NCBI GenBank assembly: GCA_021650915.1
Contig: CP091279.1
Coordinates: 120,001-152,000 of the forward strand
Length of the DNA stretch: 32,000 nucleotides
Source of the DNA: Candidatus Brocadia sp.
GTDB taxonomy: Bacteria; Planctomycetota; Brocadiia; Brocadiales; Brocadiaceae
Direction of reading: 5' to 3'
The notes below the pieces were generated by a model. That model made no database searches. It was not told the origin of the DNA and saw nothing but the letters and a program-made list of their open reading frames with translations. The translations under genes were made by a program, and so were the position numbers. Of the stretch, positions 10,146 to 19,562 are shown in pieces. Each line of letters opens with the position of its first letter. Position 1 is the first letter of the stretch.

Positions 10146-11995
10146 GTGTTTGAACGGAAACCCCCCAGAGCCCTGTAAAGTAAGGAGAAGCTGGTGAAAA
10201 ATGTTCATGAAAGTCATTGAATTTTTTCGGGTAAAAGGGTAAAATATGGCGAAAATGAAGGGATTCTGGGTATAAAGAGTCCAAATATTCGGTTCATTAA
10301 CCCACTAGCCAAAGGACATTCGATAGAAGATGAGAAAGAGATTTGAGCAGCAATTGAAGCTTGGCATCATACCCATTTCAGGGGTAAAACTGCCAATAAA
10401 GAGTCGAGATGAGCTACCACCGATACTGAGGGCGTTGCAACATATCTATGTTACACCGGAGTTGAACGAGGAGGTATTCCGGATATTAGAGGCGAAGGTA
10501 ACGAAGGGGAAGAAAAAGACGGGAAGATATGGGATGGATTTATGGCATATTTTGGTGTTGTCGGTGGTAAGATTAGGGTTAGATGCCGATTATGACAGGT
10601 TGGAGGATTTTGCCAACCATCACAAACTTATCAGGCAGATAATGGGGGTTGAGACGGCATTTGGAGAGGCGAAGGTTTTTTCGATGCAGAGCATCAAGGA
10701 CAATATAAGATTGTTGGATGAGGAGACCCTCAGGCAGATAAATGAAGTGGTGATATCATCGGGGCATCAGTTGGTTAAAAAAAAGGACGAAGGACTGTGT
10801 ATTAAGGTGGATACGTATGTGTTAGAGACGAATGTACACTTTCCGACCGATATGAATTTATTGTGGGATGCGGGACGCAAGAGTCTGGACATGATAGAGG
10901 ATGCAATAGAGGAAGGCATCCTGGCGGGGAAAGGATGGCGCAAGAGCAAATATTGGAGGAGAGAGTTAAAAAAGCTGATGAGGATAAGCGCAAAGGCGTC
11001 AAGCAGCGGGGGGGAAAAACAAGGAAGAGCATGTGAGGAGTTACTTGGAATTATCGAGGGGTTTGAGTGAAAAGATAGGAGCGAGTCTGTTAGCCATCTA
11101 CGAAAAGGTGCTAACGACGAACCAGGTAGACAAGCATGCAGGGAAAATAGGGACACTGGAGTATTTTCACGGGATGTTGAATAAACAGATAGACCTGGTG
11201 GAGAGAAGGGTGATCCGGGATGAGGTAATACCGGCGGCAGAAAAGGTTCATTCGTTGTTTGAGCCGCATACGGAGTGGCTGTACAAAGGCAAGTCAAACA
11301 AAAGGGTAGAGTTGGGACATAATATTCTGGTAGCAAGCGATCAGTGGGGTTTCATCGTGGACCATGTGGTAGGAGAAAAACAGGCGGATGTATCGTTGGT
11401 AATTCCATTGGCAGATAGGTTGTTGAGCCGTTACGGAGAAGGCACAATAAAGAGTATAAGTTTTGATAAAGGTTTTTACAAGAAAGAGAATAAAGAGTTG
11501 CTGAGTTTGTATATACCAGAGGTAATCCTTCCCAAGAAGGGCAAGAAGAATAAGGCGGAACAGGAAGAGGAATCGGGTAAGACATTTAAGAAGCTAAGGC
11601 ACAAGCACTCGGCGGTAGAATCGGATATCAATCGTTTGGAGCATCACGGCTTGGATAGGTGTCCGGACAAAGGGCTGCATGCCTTTAAAAGATATTGTGC
11701 AATGGGCGTGTTAGCTGCGAATTTGCACAAGCTGGGAAACGTGCTGCAGGAGAAGGCACGGAAGCAGTGCGAAAAGTTGCGAAAAGCCGCCTAAGCAAGC
11801 AAAAAACACGAAGAAAAACAGTCTGCCGGGAGGCAGGTACGCCCAGACAAGGCTAAAATAAAGGGGAAAACAAGGGAAATATGTAAAAGAACAGTATTTT
11901 TGCCAAAAACCCTAATCTCAAATCTTAAAATTATCTATTGGTAAATAGAAAATCGACCTCGCACTTTTACAAAAAGTGCGTTTTCGTTCAGACAC
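10146..11995 (+). mobile_element. ISNCY/IS5-like insertion sequence, 1850 bp, with 6-bp target duplication TATGTA
   Basis: Imperfect ends GTGTTTGAACGGAAA (10146) and TTTTCGTTCAGACAC (11995), flanked by TATGTA at 10140-10145 and 11996-12001. Confidence 0.88.
10330..11794 (+). pseudogene. ISNCY-like transposase in two overlapping frames (10330..11070 and 11033..11794)
   Basis: ILEAKVTKGKKKTGRYGMDLWHILVLSVVRLGLDADYDRLEDFANHH; continues in another frame with VRDEVIPAAEKVHSLFEPHTEWLYKGKSNKRVELGHNILVASDQWGFIVDH...SFDKGFYKKEN...SDINRLEHHGLDRCPDKG. Confidence 0.8.
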
Positions 11996-12826
11996 TATGT
12001 AATGAAACCCCTCCGGTAAACATTCGATTTGCATCGTCTTGATCATCCCCCGATCACCTACCATGGTCACCCCGGTGCACCCAAACCGTTCTGCCGTCTT
12101 CTTTACCTGAGACTCAAAGGTCTTTGGGTCCTGAGTATTGCCCCGAAAAACCTCCGTGGACACCGGCTCCCCAAATTCATCACACAGCATACCAATCACG
12201 ATCTGCTTCTTCCCCTTCTTGCCGTCACGATTATACCCGTACTCACCAAAATGATTTAACTCCCCCTCCACATAACTGCTCGTCACGTCATACAGAAACA
12301 GCTTCGGCTTTTTGCCTGCCCGTCTTGCATCAAACAACGTTCGCTCTATCTTTGCCTGATGCTCCGATAACCACGATAAATTATCGTAGAGATCATTCTC
12401 GTCGAACCCCCGCTTCATACCCAGCACATCACCCGCCGCATGCACCTGCGCCAGCCTTACCGCCGAGAGTCTTGACCCCTGATTTATCACCCGCGCCATT
12501 ACCTGCCACAGCGCCAGTCTCCCTTGAAAATCCTTCCCCAACGCCTCCTCTATCCCTAATTCCTTTGCCACCTGGTACACACTCCAGATCGCCCCCACGG
12601 ACATCCCCTCCTGGAGTTCCACCGATCCTGACAATGCCCCCAATGCAGTGAGATCCTCTTTATGGCTGAGGGCAAGCTTTATCGCTTCTATCTCCCGCGA
12701 TGTGCAGTTCGACAGATTTGCAATGGTACGCTTCCTGACCTTTCCGCCTTCCCGATACGATTCCCGCAAAAGAATGGAGCGATAGATTTTTTTGCCGGAT
12801 TTTGATTTGTTTTCCACAATATGCAT
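11996..12826 (-). pseudogene. N-terminal half of the IS-B transposase
   Basis: IYRSILLRESYREGGKVRKRTIANLSNCT...LFLYDVTSSYVEGELNHFGEYGYNRDGKKGKKQIVIGMLCDEFGEPVSTEVFRGNTQD...GDRGMIKTMQ, IS1634-family N-terminus and DDE D1/D2 region. Confidence 0.9.
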
Positions 12827-12972
12827 GTCTACTATAATATACTATATTATTCAACATTTCAAGCATATTATTGAATAATAACAATATATTAGTGACTACA
12901 TAATTGCCGACAAAACCACACTAACTACCAATATATTAAATGCTTACGTGTTTTGCTTGGGGTGAACATCCG

Positions 12973-13011
12973 TTATATTCATGCAGTAAAAAAGCACGTG
13001 CCTCATGTTAA
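12973..13011 (+). pseudogene. 38-nt fragment of an ISL3-family transposase
   Basis: TTATATTCATGCAGTAAAAAAGCACGTGCCTCATGTTA is identical to 8270-8307. Confidence 0.85.
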
Positions 13012-15036
13012 CCCGACTTTCGCAATTCGAGGGGTATACAACCCGCTAAGCCAGTAAAATCAAGGGGTCATGTAAAAAGGTCGGCACTACAGGCCGACCT
13101 GTCCGGATGCGTAAACCTTGGGCGGCGGTTGTTCAGGAAGCGTTAATCCCAATTGTGCCAAAAGGAGTAAAACGTCCTTCTCCGGCTGGGTATAACGACT
13201 CATGACAATATGACGGCCATCCGTGGTCGGTAAATGAACGTCTATCATTTGAATGCCCGACAGTTTTTCTAAAATCGCTTCCGACGTCAGCCCTCCGGCC
13301 CTCCCCCGCGCAAGATTGCGCAGCGTCGTGTGGAGACAAAAAGCCAAAAAGGAGACAAAGATATGGGCTTCAATTCTCCGTTCCAGTTGGTGCCATAGGG
13401 GACGGAGGGAAAGCGATCCCTTCAAGTCCTTAAATGCCTGTTCTATCCGTGTCAACAGCAAATAATTTTCCCAGACGGTTTCTGGCGCGGTGGCCTGCAT
13501 GTTGGAGCGAAGCAAATAACGCCCCTCGCGCCGATACGCCTGCCTCAGGCGTTCCCGATCCAAACTGAACCGGAACGTATTCTCATTGACCGGTTCCTGC
13601 GGTTTGGGAAGGGAGATCGTAACCAGCCTGAAGTCTCGTCCGGCTTCTTTCTTTAACGCGCCAAGATGCATGAGCAGGTCATCGCGCGTGAGGACTTTTC
13701 GATTGCGAAGTTCGCGCAGACCCATCCACAAACGTCTGAGTCTGCGCCTACGCATGGCACGCTCCTTAGACACCCGGCCATGGCTTTCCACGTAAACGTA
13801 AAACTCCGATTCCTGCCGAAGAACTTTCACGCGGACGCTCTCCCTCGCCTGCATCCAGGTTTGTTCGAGCAACGGTTTTTCTACTCACGTCAAATGCCCC
13901 TTCGGAGTCCCAACCAAATAATCAATCCCGCGCTCACGCATCTTCCCCAACATCTCCTCCGTTGGAATACCTCTATCCATAAGCCAGGTACGCCGGAATT
14001 TCCCATACTGCTTTTCGATCCGATCCAGAAATTCCTCCAACGTTGCGGTGTCTCTGGTATTGCCCGGATACACTTCGTAGGCCACGGGAAATCCTTCCGG
14101 AGTCAACACCAACACCAACACCAACACCAACACCACTACCACCTGCACGCAATCCGAACGGTTGTCCCGACTGTATCCAAAACGTTTCTTACTCCCCGAT
14201 CCAGTCGGAGGTGGGTCACTTTCAAAATACGTACTCGTCAAATCATACAGCAGTACATCGTACTTCGCCCCAAAGAGCTTGCCCCACTTCTCCTTTAAAT
14301 AGGCAAACAGCTCGTCCCGATGCTCAAGCAACAAATCCAAACAACGATACGCCTTGTCCTTCTGCGCCAGGGAATAATTCTCTCCCAGCAGATCGCCTAT
14401 TGCGCTGCGCACGTACCACTCACGGTGAAAACGAAATTCGCTTCCCGGATCGATCAACCGGTAACAGACAAGCGCCTTCAGTATATTCAACCAGCTTGTC
14501 CCCTTCCGGCTTGACGGCAGACGCATCCTCCAGAATGTGTCCAGTTCCAGCATATTCCATACATACAATCCCAACCAGCTTGCTCCCCACTCCCGTGGAT
14601 GGCGCAGCTCTATTTTGTCCAACCTCACCCGAACTGTCTCACCATCCGGTATCGGCATGGCTTCCCGGTCATCCGGAAACAATGCCAGTTGTCTTGGTTT
14701 CGGTTCTTTACCCGACACCGCCTCTATCGTCCGAATCCACCCAGCCCGTTGATTGTCATTGAGTTCTCCCAAATAGAGAACCTGCCGCTGCACCACCCTT
14801 CTTCCGCTGACCCGGCGGTTCTCCACCACGCTCCAATAACGGTGGGTTTTCCCATCTTTCGTTCGTGTCTTTTCCCGGAGAAACATGCGAGCATTTTCGC
14901 ACTTCCTCCTGCATGCGTCAAGAGGGTAGGTCGGCACTACAAGCCGTTTTGAAAATTCACCCCTTGAATATCACGGGTTTCCTGGCGACTCTTGCCCAAA
15001 AATAAACTTTTTTGGGCGCGAATTGCGAAAGTCGGG
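13012..15036 (-). mobile_element. IS-A copy C3 (IS1634-like), full length, 2025 bp
   Basis: Both ends present: CCCGACTTTCGCAATTCG at 13012 and CGAATTGCGAAAGTCGGG ending at 15036. Confidence 0.94.
13087..14937 (-). pseudogene. IS-A transposase split by one in-frame stop
   Basis: ORFs 13885..14937 and 13087..13872 are the same frame. Other copies read GHLTRVEKPLLEQ, whereas here ACG TGA GTA replaces ACG CGA GTA. Confidence 0.9.
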
Positions 15037-15065
15037 CTAATACCCGTGAAACCGATTATGCAATA

Positions 15066-15088
15066 TTTTGCCTGGGGTAAACATCCGT
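15066..15088. repeat. Solo IS-B-like terminal repeat
   Basis: TTTTGCCTGGGGTAAACATCCG closely matches the IS-B end TTTTGCTTGGGGTGAACATCCG at 12951. Confidence 0.6.
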
Positions 15089-15106
15089 TACAAAGCTAAT
15101 CTCGCC

Positions 15107-16486
15107 TCAATTTAACCCTATTGACTCTATATACAATTCTTTTTCTGTAGATTTTGTGAGATTCACTTTGAAAATTATACCGCGAACGCCAACGGCTATC
15201 GGTCTATCAAAGAAACGCCGTAAACCAATCGCAGTATCCGAGGCAGATACCACATTAACAGACCCACCCGGCACCGACTGATTTCCCAAGTTTTTGTTAT
15301 ACTCATTGATTTTCTTTGCTAGTGCAAACGCATCATCTTCTTCTTTTATCTCTATATTCTCAGCGATAGTCCGTCCTTCTGTGTCTTCTTTAATGGGAGA
15401 AGTTTCGGTTATTTTCGATTTTTTAGATGCTCCAATCTTTGTTAGCCTGTCTAATTCCTTCAGCATCTTTGTTGTGATTGGCTGAACATTTGCGGCGCCA
15501 CCTCCAAACCTTCTTTTGCGAATATTCATATCGATTGCCCTGGCATAATACACTTCATTAATTACCGCTATCCATAGGAAATCGCGATAGGCAATTAGAC
15601 CTTTTTTATCCCCAAGTATTATCTTGGCTGCTTCATCAAATTGTGACTTGGCCAACTTCAAAGTTATATAGTTTATACCAGCAATTCCTTGAAATCTATT
15701 GACAGTGTCCGTTGAATTATAAACATACGGTTTGAGAATAAAATTATTTTCTTTCCCAAGTTCTATTGAATTAGTTTCAAAGAAAGTCTTTGTAAGTAGC
15801 TTTGCAGGAATAGCATAAGACTCCGCAGAGGGAATTTTCAAAGAAACCTGTCCGATTTTATTAAATGAAAATCCTAGGGCAACATTTAAATATTCAATCG
15901 GGACTAATGCATTTACATCGGCTTGAGTAATATTGGTAACTGAAAATTCAGGAAAAGCCACTTGCCTTAAACGGTTACAATCACCATCATTAAAAACATC
16001 CTTATTACCTATTACAACCGGCATTATAGAAACATCCGTTAAGTGCGCTTGATCCTTGGAAATGGCGTTTTTTATGGCCTCCGTTGTGCTCGGAAACGAA
16101 AAACGATTTTTATAAAAATCATTTGCCAATGTTGACGTACCATACATGAGTTTTAGTTCATAGAGAACATTGGTAACCCAAATCCCCGTTTTGCCTAATC
16201 CCCCTATATCTTCAATTAGCTTAGTTTCATATGGATGTGTTGGAAGCAGCCAAATGTCTCCCACCTGCACATCTTCACGGGGAGGAAAGACGGGAAAAAT
16301 ACCTTCTTCGGACATGGTTCTTGTCCACTCTTTATATACCACTCCATTCTTAAATTCCCGGGAACTACATCCCAAGAATCCCACAACCGTTACCAGAAAG
16401 AACGGTAAAGTGATTTTTTTCGTAGCTCGAAAAGCGTTCCTAATGCCCTGCTTCAAAATCATTGGCTTCTTCATAATATTCTCCAT
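15107..16486 (-). CDS. Hypothetical lipoprotein (459 aa)
   Basis: N-terminal hydrophobic stretch with lipobox-like FLGCSS; no family recognised. Confidence 0.75.
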   Translation of the reverse strand: MENIMKKPMILKQGIRNAFRATKKITLPFFLVTVVGFLGCSSREFKNGVVYKEWTRTMSEEGIFPVFPPREDVQVGDIWLLPTHPYETKLIEDIGGLGKTGIWVTNVLYELKLMYGTSTLANDFYKNRFSFPSTTEAIKNAISKDQAHLTDVSIMPVVIGNKDVFNDGDCNRLRQVAFPEFSVTNITQADVNALVPIEYLNVALGFSFNKIGQVSLKIPSAESYAIPAKLLTKTFFETNSIELGKENNFILKPYVYNSTDTVNRFQGIAGINYITLKLAKSQFDEAAKIILGDKKGLIAYRDFLWIAVINEVYYARAIDMNIRKRRFGGGAANVQPITTKMLKELDRLTKIGASKKSKITETSPIKEDTEGRTIAENIEIKEEDDAFALAKKINEYNKNLGNQSVPGGSVNVVSASDTAIGLRRFFDRPIAVGVRGIIFKVNLTKSTEKELYIESIGLN

Positions 16487-16526
16487 TTCTTAAAATATTC
16501 GTTTAGTTTCTTCTATGATGATAAAT

Positions 16527-16679
16527 CGTAACACTTTAGTTTTTTGAAAAATGGCAACAACAACGATGTTTCCGCACGGTGTAGGGGCGAAGCATTTGCC
16601 ATCAATTGGCATAAATGTCTGCACACCCCAAGCAGGCAAATGCTTCGCCCCTACCTTTTCAAAAAACTAAAGTGTTACG
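16527..16679. mobile_element. MITE-like element, 153 bp
   Basis: Terminal inverted repeats CGTAACACTTTAGTTTTTTGAAAA / CTTTTCAAAAAACTAAAGTGTTACG, inner perfect 20-bp inverted repeat GTAGGGGCGAAGCATTTGCC / GGCAAATGCTTCGCCCCTAC, flanked by ATAAAT at 16521-16526 and 16680-16685. Confidence 0.85.
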
Positions 16680-17057
16680 ATAAATCAATTTTTCCCCAAG
16701 TGAGTCAGGTTTGCATAATCGTCCATCCTTGTTTATTACGATAATATGCCTTTTGATATTTGGAGTTAACTCTGGATAAATTTCTTCACAAAGTTTTCCT
16801 ATGGACAACGGTAGCCTGAATTCGTTTTCATCAAAGTCTAACCGGTTAACATTTCTTGAATTTTCCTCACAAAATGCGTCATTACCTGTATTACCATGAT
16901 ACTCGACTTGGTCCGAATAGCAGGGCGTTATGAAACACGAATACAGATTCATTATGAAAACGGGAAACACTAAAAGAACCGGTAGTAATTGATATCTTAA
17001 AAAGGGTCGATTTAATCGATATCTCATAATTTTTGAATTCCCTCTGTGCCAAAACAC
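16659..17057 (-). CDS. Small secreted or membrane-anchored hypothetical protein; C-terminus encoded by MITE sequence
   Basis: Hydrophobic segment MRYRLNRPFLRYQLLPVLLVFPVFIMNLYSCF; the last residues YRNTLVF* lie in the MITE terminal repeat. Confidence 0.45.
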   Translation of the reverse strand: MFWHRGNSKIMRYRLNRPFLRYQLLPVLLVFPVFIMNLYSCFITPCYSDQVEYHGNTGNDAFCEENSRNVNRLDFDENEFRLPLSIGKLCEEIYPELTPNIKRHIIVINKDGRLCKPDSLGEKLIYRNTLVF

Positions 17058-17083
17058 CTTCGATCCAAAAAATTCTCATGAAA

Positions 17084-17135
17084 TAAAAAAAGCCTTACTG
17101 CAAAGATTTTTCAAAACATCTTCGGCAGTAAGGCT
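17084..17135 (-). terminator. Strong rho-independent terminator or riboswitch expression platform
   Basis: Minus strand: AGCCTTACTGCCGAAGATGTTTTGAAAAATCTTTGCAGTAAGGCTTTTTTTAT, an 11-bp perfect outer stem plus inner pairing followed by a T tract. Confidence 0.85.
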
Positions 17136-17149
17136 GTCTTTATTCCTGG

Positions 17150-17245
17150 GGATCGTGTTTTCTAAACCACTTCCGTGTCGGCTTAAAGATCCACTACTTT
17201 GCGCCCCCTGATCACTCAGGGTTTACCTTTCTCGTTATGTTTCCT
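17150..17245 (-). promoter_or_regulatory. Candidate GEMM / c-di-GMP-I-like riboswitch aptamer
   Basis: Minus strand: GAGAAAGGTAAACCCTGAGTGATCAGGGGGCGCAAAGTAGTGGATCTTTAAG...GTGGTTTAG. It has the GGYAAA-CC / GNRA (GTGA) hairpin / GGRCGCAAAG pattern, a GGTTTA that can pair with TAAACC, and a terminator directly downstream. Confidence 0.5.
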
Positions 17246-17387
17246 AAAATGATAATTCGCAAAATAGTAGCCATTGAAAGGTAATAATAACAATTTTAGT
17301 GAATTATTTCATAATTCCCTGAATTCATGAGGCTTACAAATAGGAAAAGTCTAGGAATAGCTAACGGTAAGCGAAAGGAGGTTGGCA

Positions 17388-17446
17388 AAAAAGTGTGTCA
17401 TGGCACAGATGTGCCAGTTACAAAAGTGTGCCATGACACACTTTTT
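17388..17446. terminator. Large palindromic hairpin, possibly a bidirectional terminator or repeat remnant
   Basis: AAAAAGTGTGTCATGGCACA ... TGTGCCATGACACACTTTTT, 20-bp perfect arms, with internal hairpin TGGCACAGATGTGCCA (17401-17416). Confidence 0.6.
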
Positions 17447-17765
17447 ATTAAGGCATGCATTTGAGTTCTTCTGGAAAAGGAGAGAGCAGAAGTCTATCAA
17501 AAACCTTTAACACGCCTCAAGCCGCTCTTTTTAGAGTGGAGGTTAATGTTTCCGCTGCCAACAAAAGACTATGCATTTCCTTCCAAGCAAGCAAAAAACT
17601 CTTTTCTCCAATACTAAGCGATGCTTCTTTTGTAGTATTTTCCAAAAGATGTTGATGTCTTTAGCAAAAATATAAATAAAATTAGCCCAGTCTTGGCTTA
17701 AAACCCTGACTGAGCTAACTGACAAATTTCGTGCTTCAGATTTCGTTTTTTTCAATTCATTTGGG

Positions 17766-18749
17766 TTAGGTGGTAACGGTTCGGTAAATCATCCGAAAGA
17801 CCACAAGAATCATGCCGGCAGAAAAGAAGAAGATGGTTACAAAGGTGAGTGGTATGCTGGGGTTCTTTTTTACGCTGACTAAGACTCCGGGCACCGAATT
17901 AATATCTTCAAAACTAACCTTTGCTCCATGAATCTCCTGTGCATTGTCATCACCAATGGACAAAAAAACCGGATTCGTTCCCGCAGCAGTCACCAATTTT
18001 AATACGGGATAGCGATATTGCGGAGGCATATACAAATCAGCAACGCACACCTGTTTGCCATTTGCAGTAAAGGTTTCGCTGACCTTCAAACGGTACGGAT
18101 GATTATCCACCTTCAGGACTACGCCTGATGCAATCCATCCATAATCCCGCATCAGGATTTCCGATATCCCATGCTGCAGGAGAACGGGATTGTTATAACC
18201 GAGGGTGTCCGTAAATTCGTTTCCGTCCTTTCTGACGACAACGGATGCCGTTATTTTTCTCGGCATACCATTTGGGTACGAACTCGTCTTCAGGTCGGTA
18301 ACCTTCATTTCAATACCGCCCAGGTCAGTCCATTCCTCTGCTACAGATACCGGTGGTTCCGTCGTTGAATAGAGCCCGCCAATAAGATGTGCAATCAGGG
18401 TGATAACAAATCCAATATGCACGACCGATGCACCATACAGAGTAATCTTTTTTACGCCACTCCTCGTCTTTCGTATGATGGAATCAAGGGTGCACAAAAA
18501 GGTGTTAACACCATAAAGAATACAGGCAAGAAACAGGAGATAGAACCACAGATGGATCGGCCGTTTGTGCGCGAAGAAGAAAGAGATGTCTTCACCGGAA
18601 AGTCCTTCATATGCACGAGGATTATAGTTCATAATCAGACTACCGAGGATGAGAAGGGCGGTGACGGTAAATCCGGTGATGATACCCAGTTTTTGCGACT
18701 TAAATATTATGTAGATCGTTCTCATTTTACCACACCAAACCTGAAACAA
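17766..18749 (-). CDS. resB: ResB/Ccs1-like cytochrome c biogenesis protein (start may be the internal MRTIYIIF)
   Basis: Multiple TM segments, SLxIMNYNPRAYEGL..., FLYLLFLACILYGVNTFLCTLDSI-like region, large periplasmic domain, C-terminal TM; adjacent to ccsA. Confidence 0.75.
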   Translation of the reverse strand: MFQVWCGKMRTIYIIFKSQKLGIITGFTVTALLILGSLIMNYNPRAYEGLSGEDISFFFAHKRPIHLWFYLLFLACILYGVNTFLCTLDSIIRKTRSGVKKITLYGASVVHIGFVITLIAHLIGGLYSTTEPPVSVAEEWTDLGGIEMKVTDLKTSSYPNGMPRKITASVVVRKDGNEFTDTLGYNNPVLLQHGISEILMRDYGWIASGVVLKVDNHPYRLKVSETFTANGKQVCVADLYMPPQYRYPVLKLVTAAGTNPVFLSIGDDNAQEIHGAKVSFEDINSVPGVLVSVKKNPSIPLTFVTIFFFSAGMILVVFRMIYRTVTT

Positions 18750-18792
18750 GTCGGAACGGAAGAAGTTTTACCGATGCACAGGACACGCCCGG

Positions 18793-19560
18793 TTATCGAA
18801 AGCTGTGTGAACTACCGATCAAAAAGCTGGTGCCCACGTATGTCATCATGAGTATAATAAATCCTACGATAGCCATTGGCGGCTTATATCGTTTTGCCTC
18901 CTGCCAGTAATCAAGATGCAGACACGTGGCATAGAAAAACCAGATGATTACAGACCAGACAACTTTTGCATCCCAGAGGAAATATGCCCCCCATGCGACG
19001 TAGCCCCACAAGCCTCCAAAAATCATTGAAACAGAAAAGATAACGAGACCATATTGAAATCCCAAATCAATAAGATGATCGTACGCCTTTTTTTCATCAC
19101 GGGTAAAATAACGCGCTACAGCCGCAGACATGGCGCTCACCCACAAGGCGTAACAAAAAAAGGAGAGGGGAACGTGTAAAACGTACCAGAGGGTCAGCAT
19201 CAGGGGCGGCGCGTAGCTCAATCCTTTTGGGAAATATGCAGCCGCCGCATAAAAACCATAGCCAACCCCAAAGAGAGACATGCGGTAGATATGGCTTTTT
19301 GTTCTCATATTTATGAGCAAAATAATAAAGGCTGCAACGGCAAATGCATTAAAGGACTCGAATTTGTTGGTCAAGGGAAAATACTCAATCGATATGCCAC
19401 GCAGCGTAATCGATGCAAGGTCGAGAACGATCATCCCTGCCAGAATCGGAAATCGGAGTTTTAACCGGGTAAATCCAATGCCCCAATATGCGGTATAGGC
19501 AATGAAACAGAGCCAATATAAATTGACTGACAATTGGTTGAGGAAATGAGCCGTATCCAT
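18793..19560 (-). CDS. ccsA: CcsA/ResC-like cytochrome c assembly protein
   Basis: Polytopic; contains FGGLWGYVAWGAYFLWDAKVVWSVIIWFFYATCLHL, aligning with the WWD haem-handling motif. Confidence 0.85.
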   Translation of the reverse strand: MDTAHFLNQLSVNLYWLCFIAYTAYWGIGFTRLKLRFPILAGMIVLDLASITLRGISIEYFPLTNKFESFNAFAVAAFIILLINMRTKSHIYRMSLFGVGYGFYAAAAYFPKGLSYAPPLMLTLWYVLHVPLSFFCYALWVSAMSAAVARYFTRDEKKAYDHLIDLGFQYGLVIFSVSMIFGGLWGYVAWGAYFLWDAKVVWSVIIWFFYATCLHLDYWQEAKRYKPPMAIVGFIILMMTYVGTSFLIGSSHSFR

Positions 19561-19562
19561 AA

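Larger units (their letters stand above)
9265..12972 (-). mobile_element. IS-B: second IS1634-like element, interrupted by an ISNCY/IS5-like element
   Basis: Imperfect terminal inverted repeats CGGATGTTCACCTCAAGGCAAAA (9265) and TTTTGCTTGGGGTGAACATCCG (12951-12972) flank the two halves of the transposase. Confidence 0.75.

Noticed and set aside
12029-12651. Plus-strand proline/histidine-rich ORFs opposite the IS-B N-terminal half
   Set aside because: Low-complexity antisense reading of the transposase.
14994-15017. Subterminal GCCCAAAAATAAACTTTTTTGGGC hairpin of IS-A as a transcription terminator
   Set aside because: It is a real inverted repeat present in several copies, but the T tract is inside the stem rather than following it, so a terminator call is not supported.
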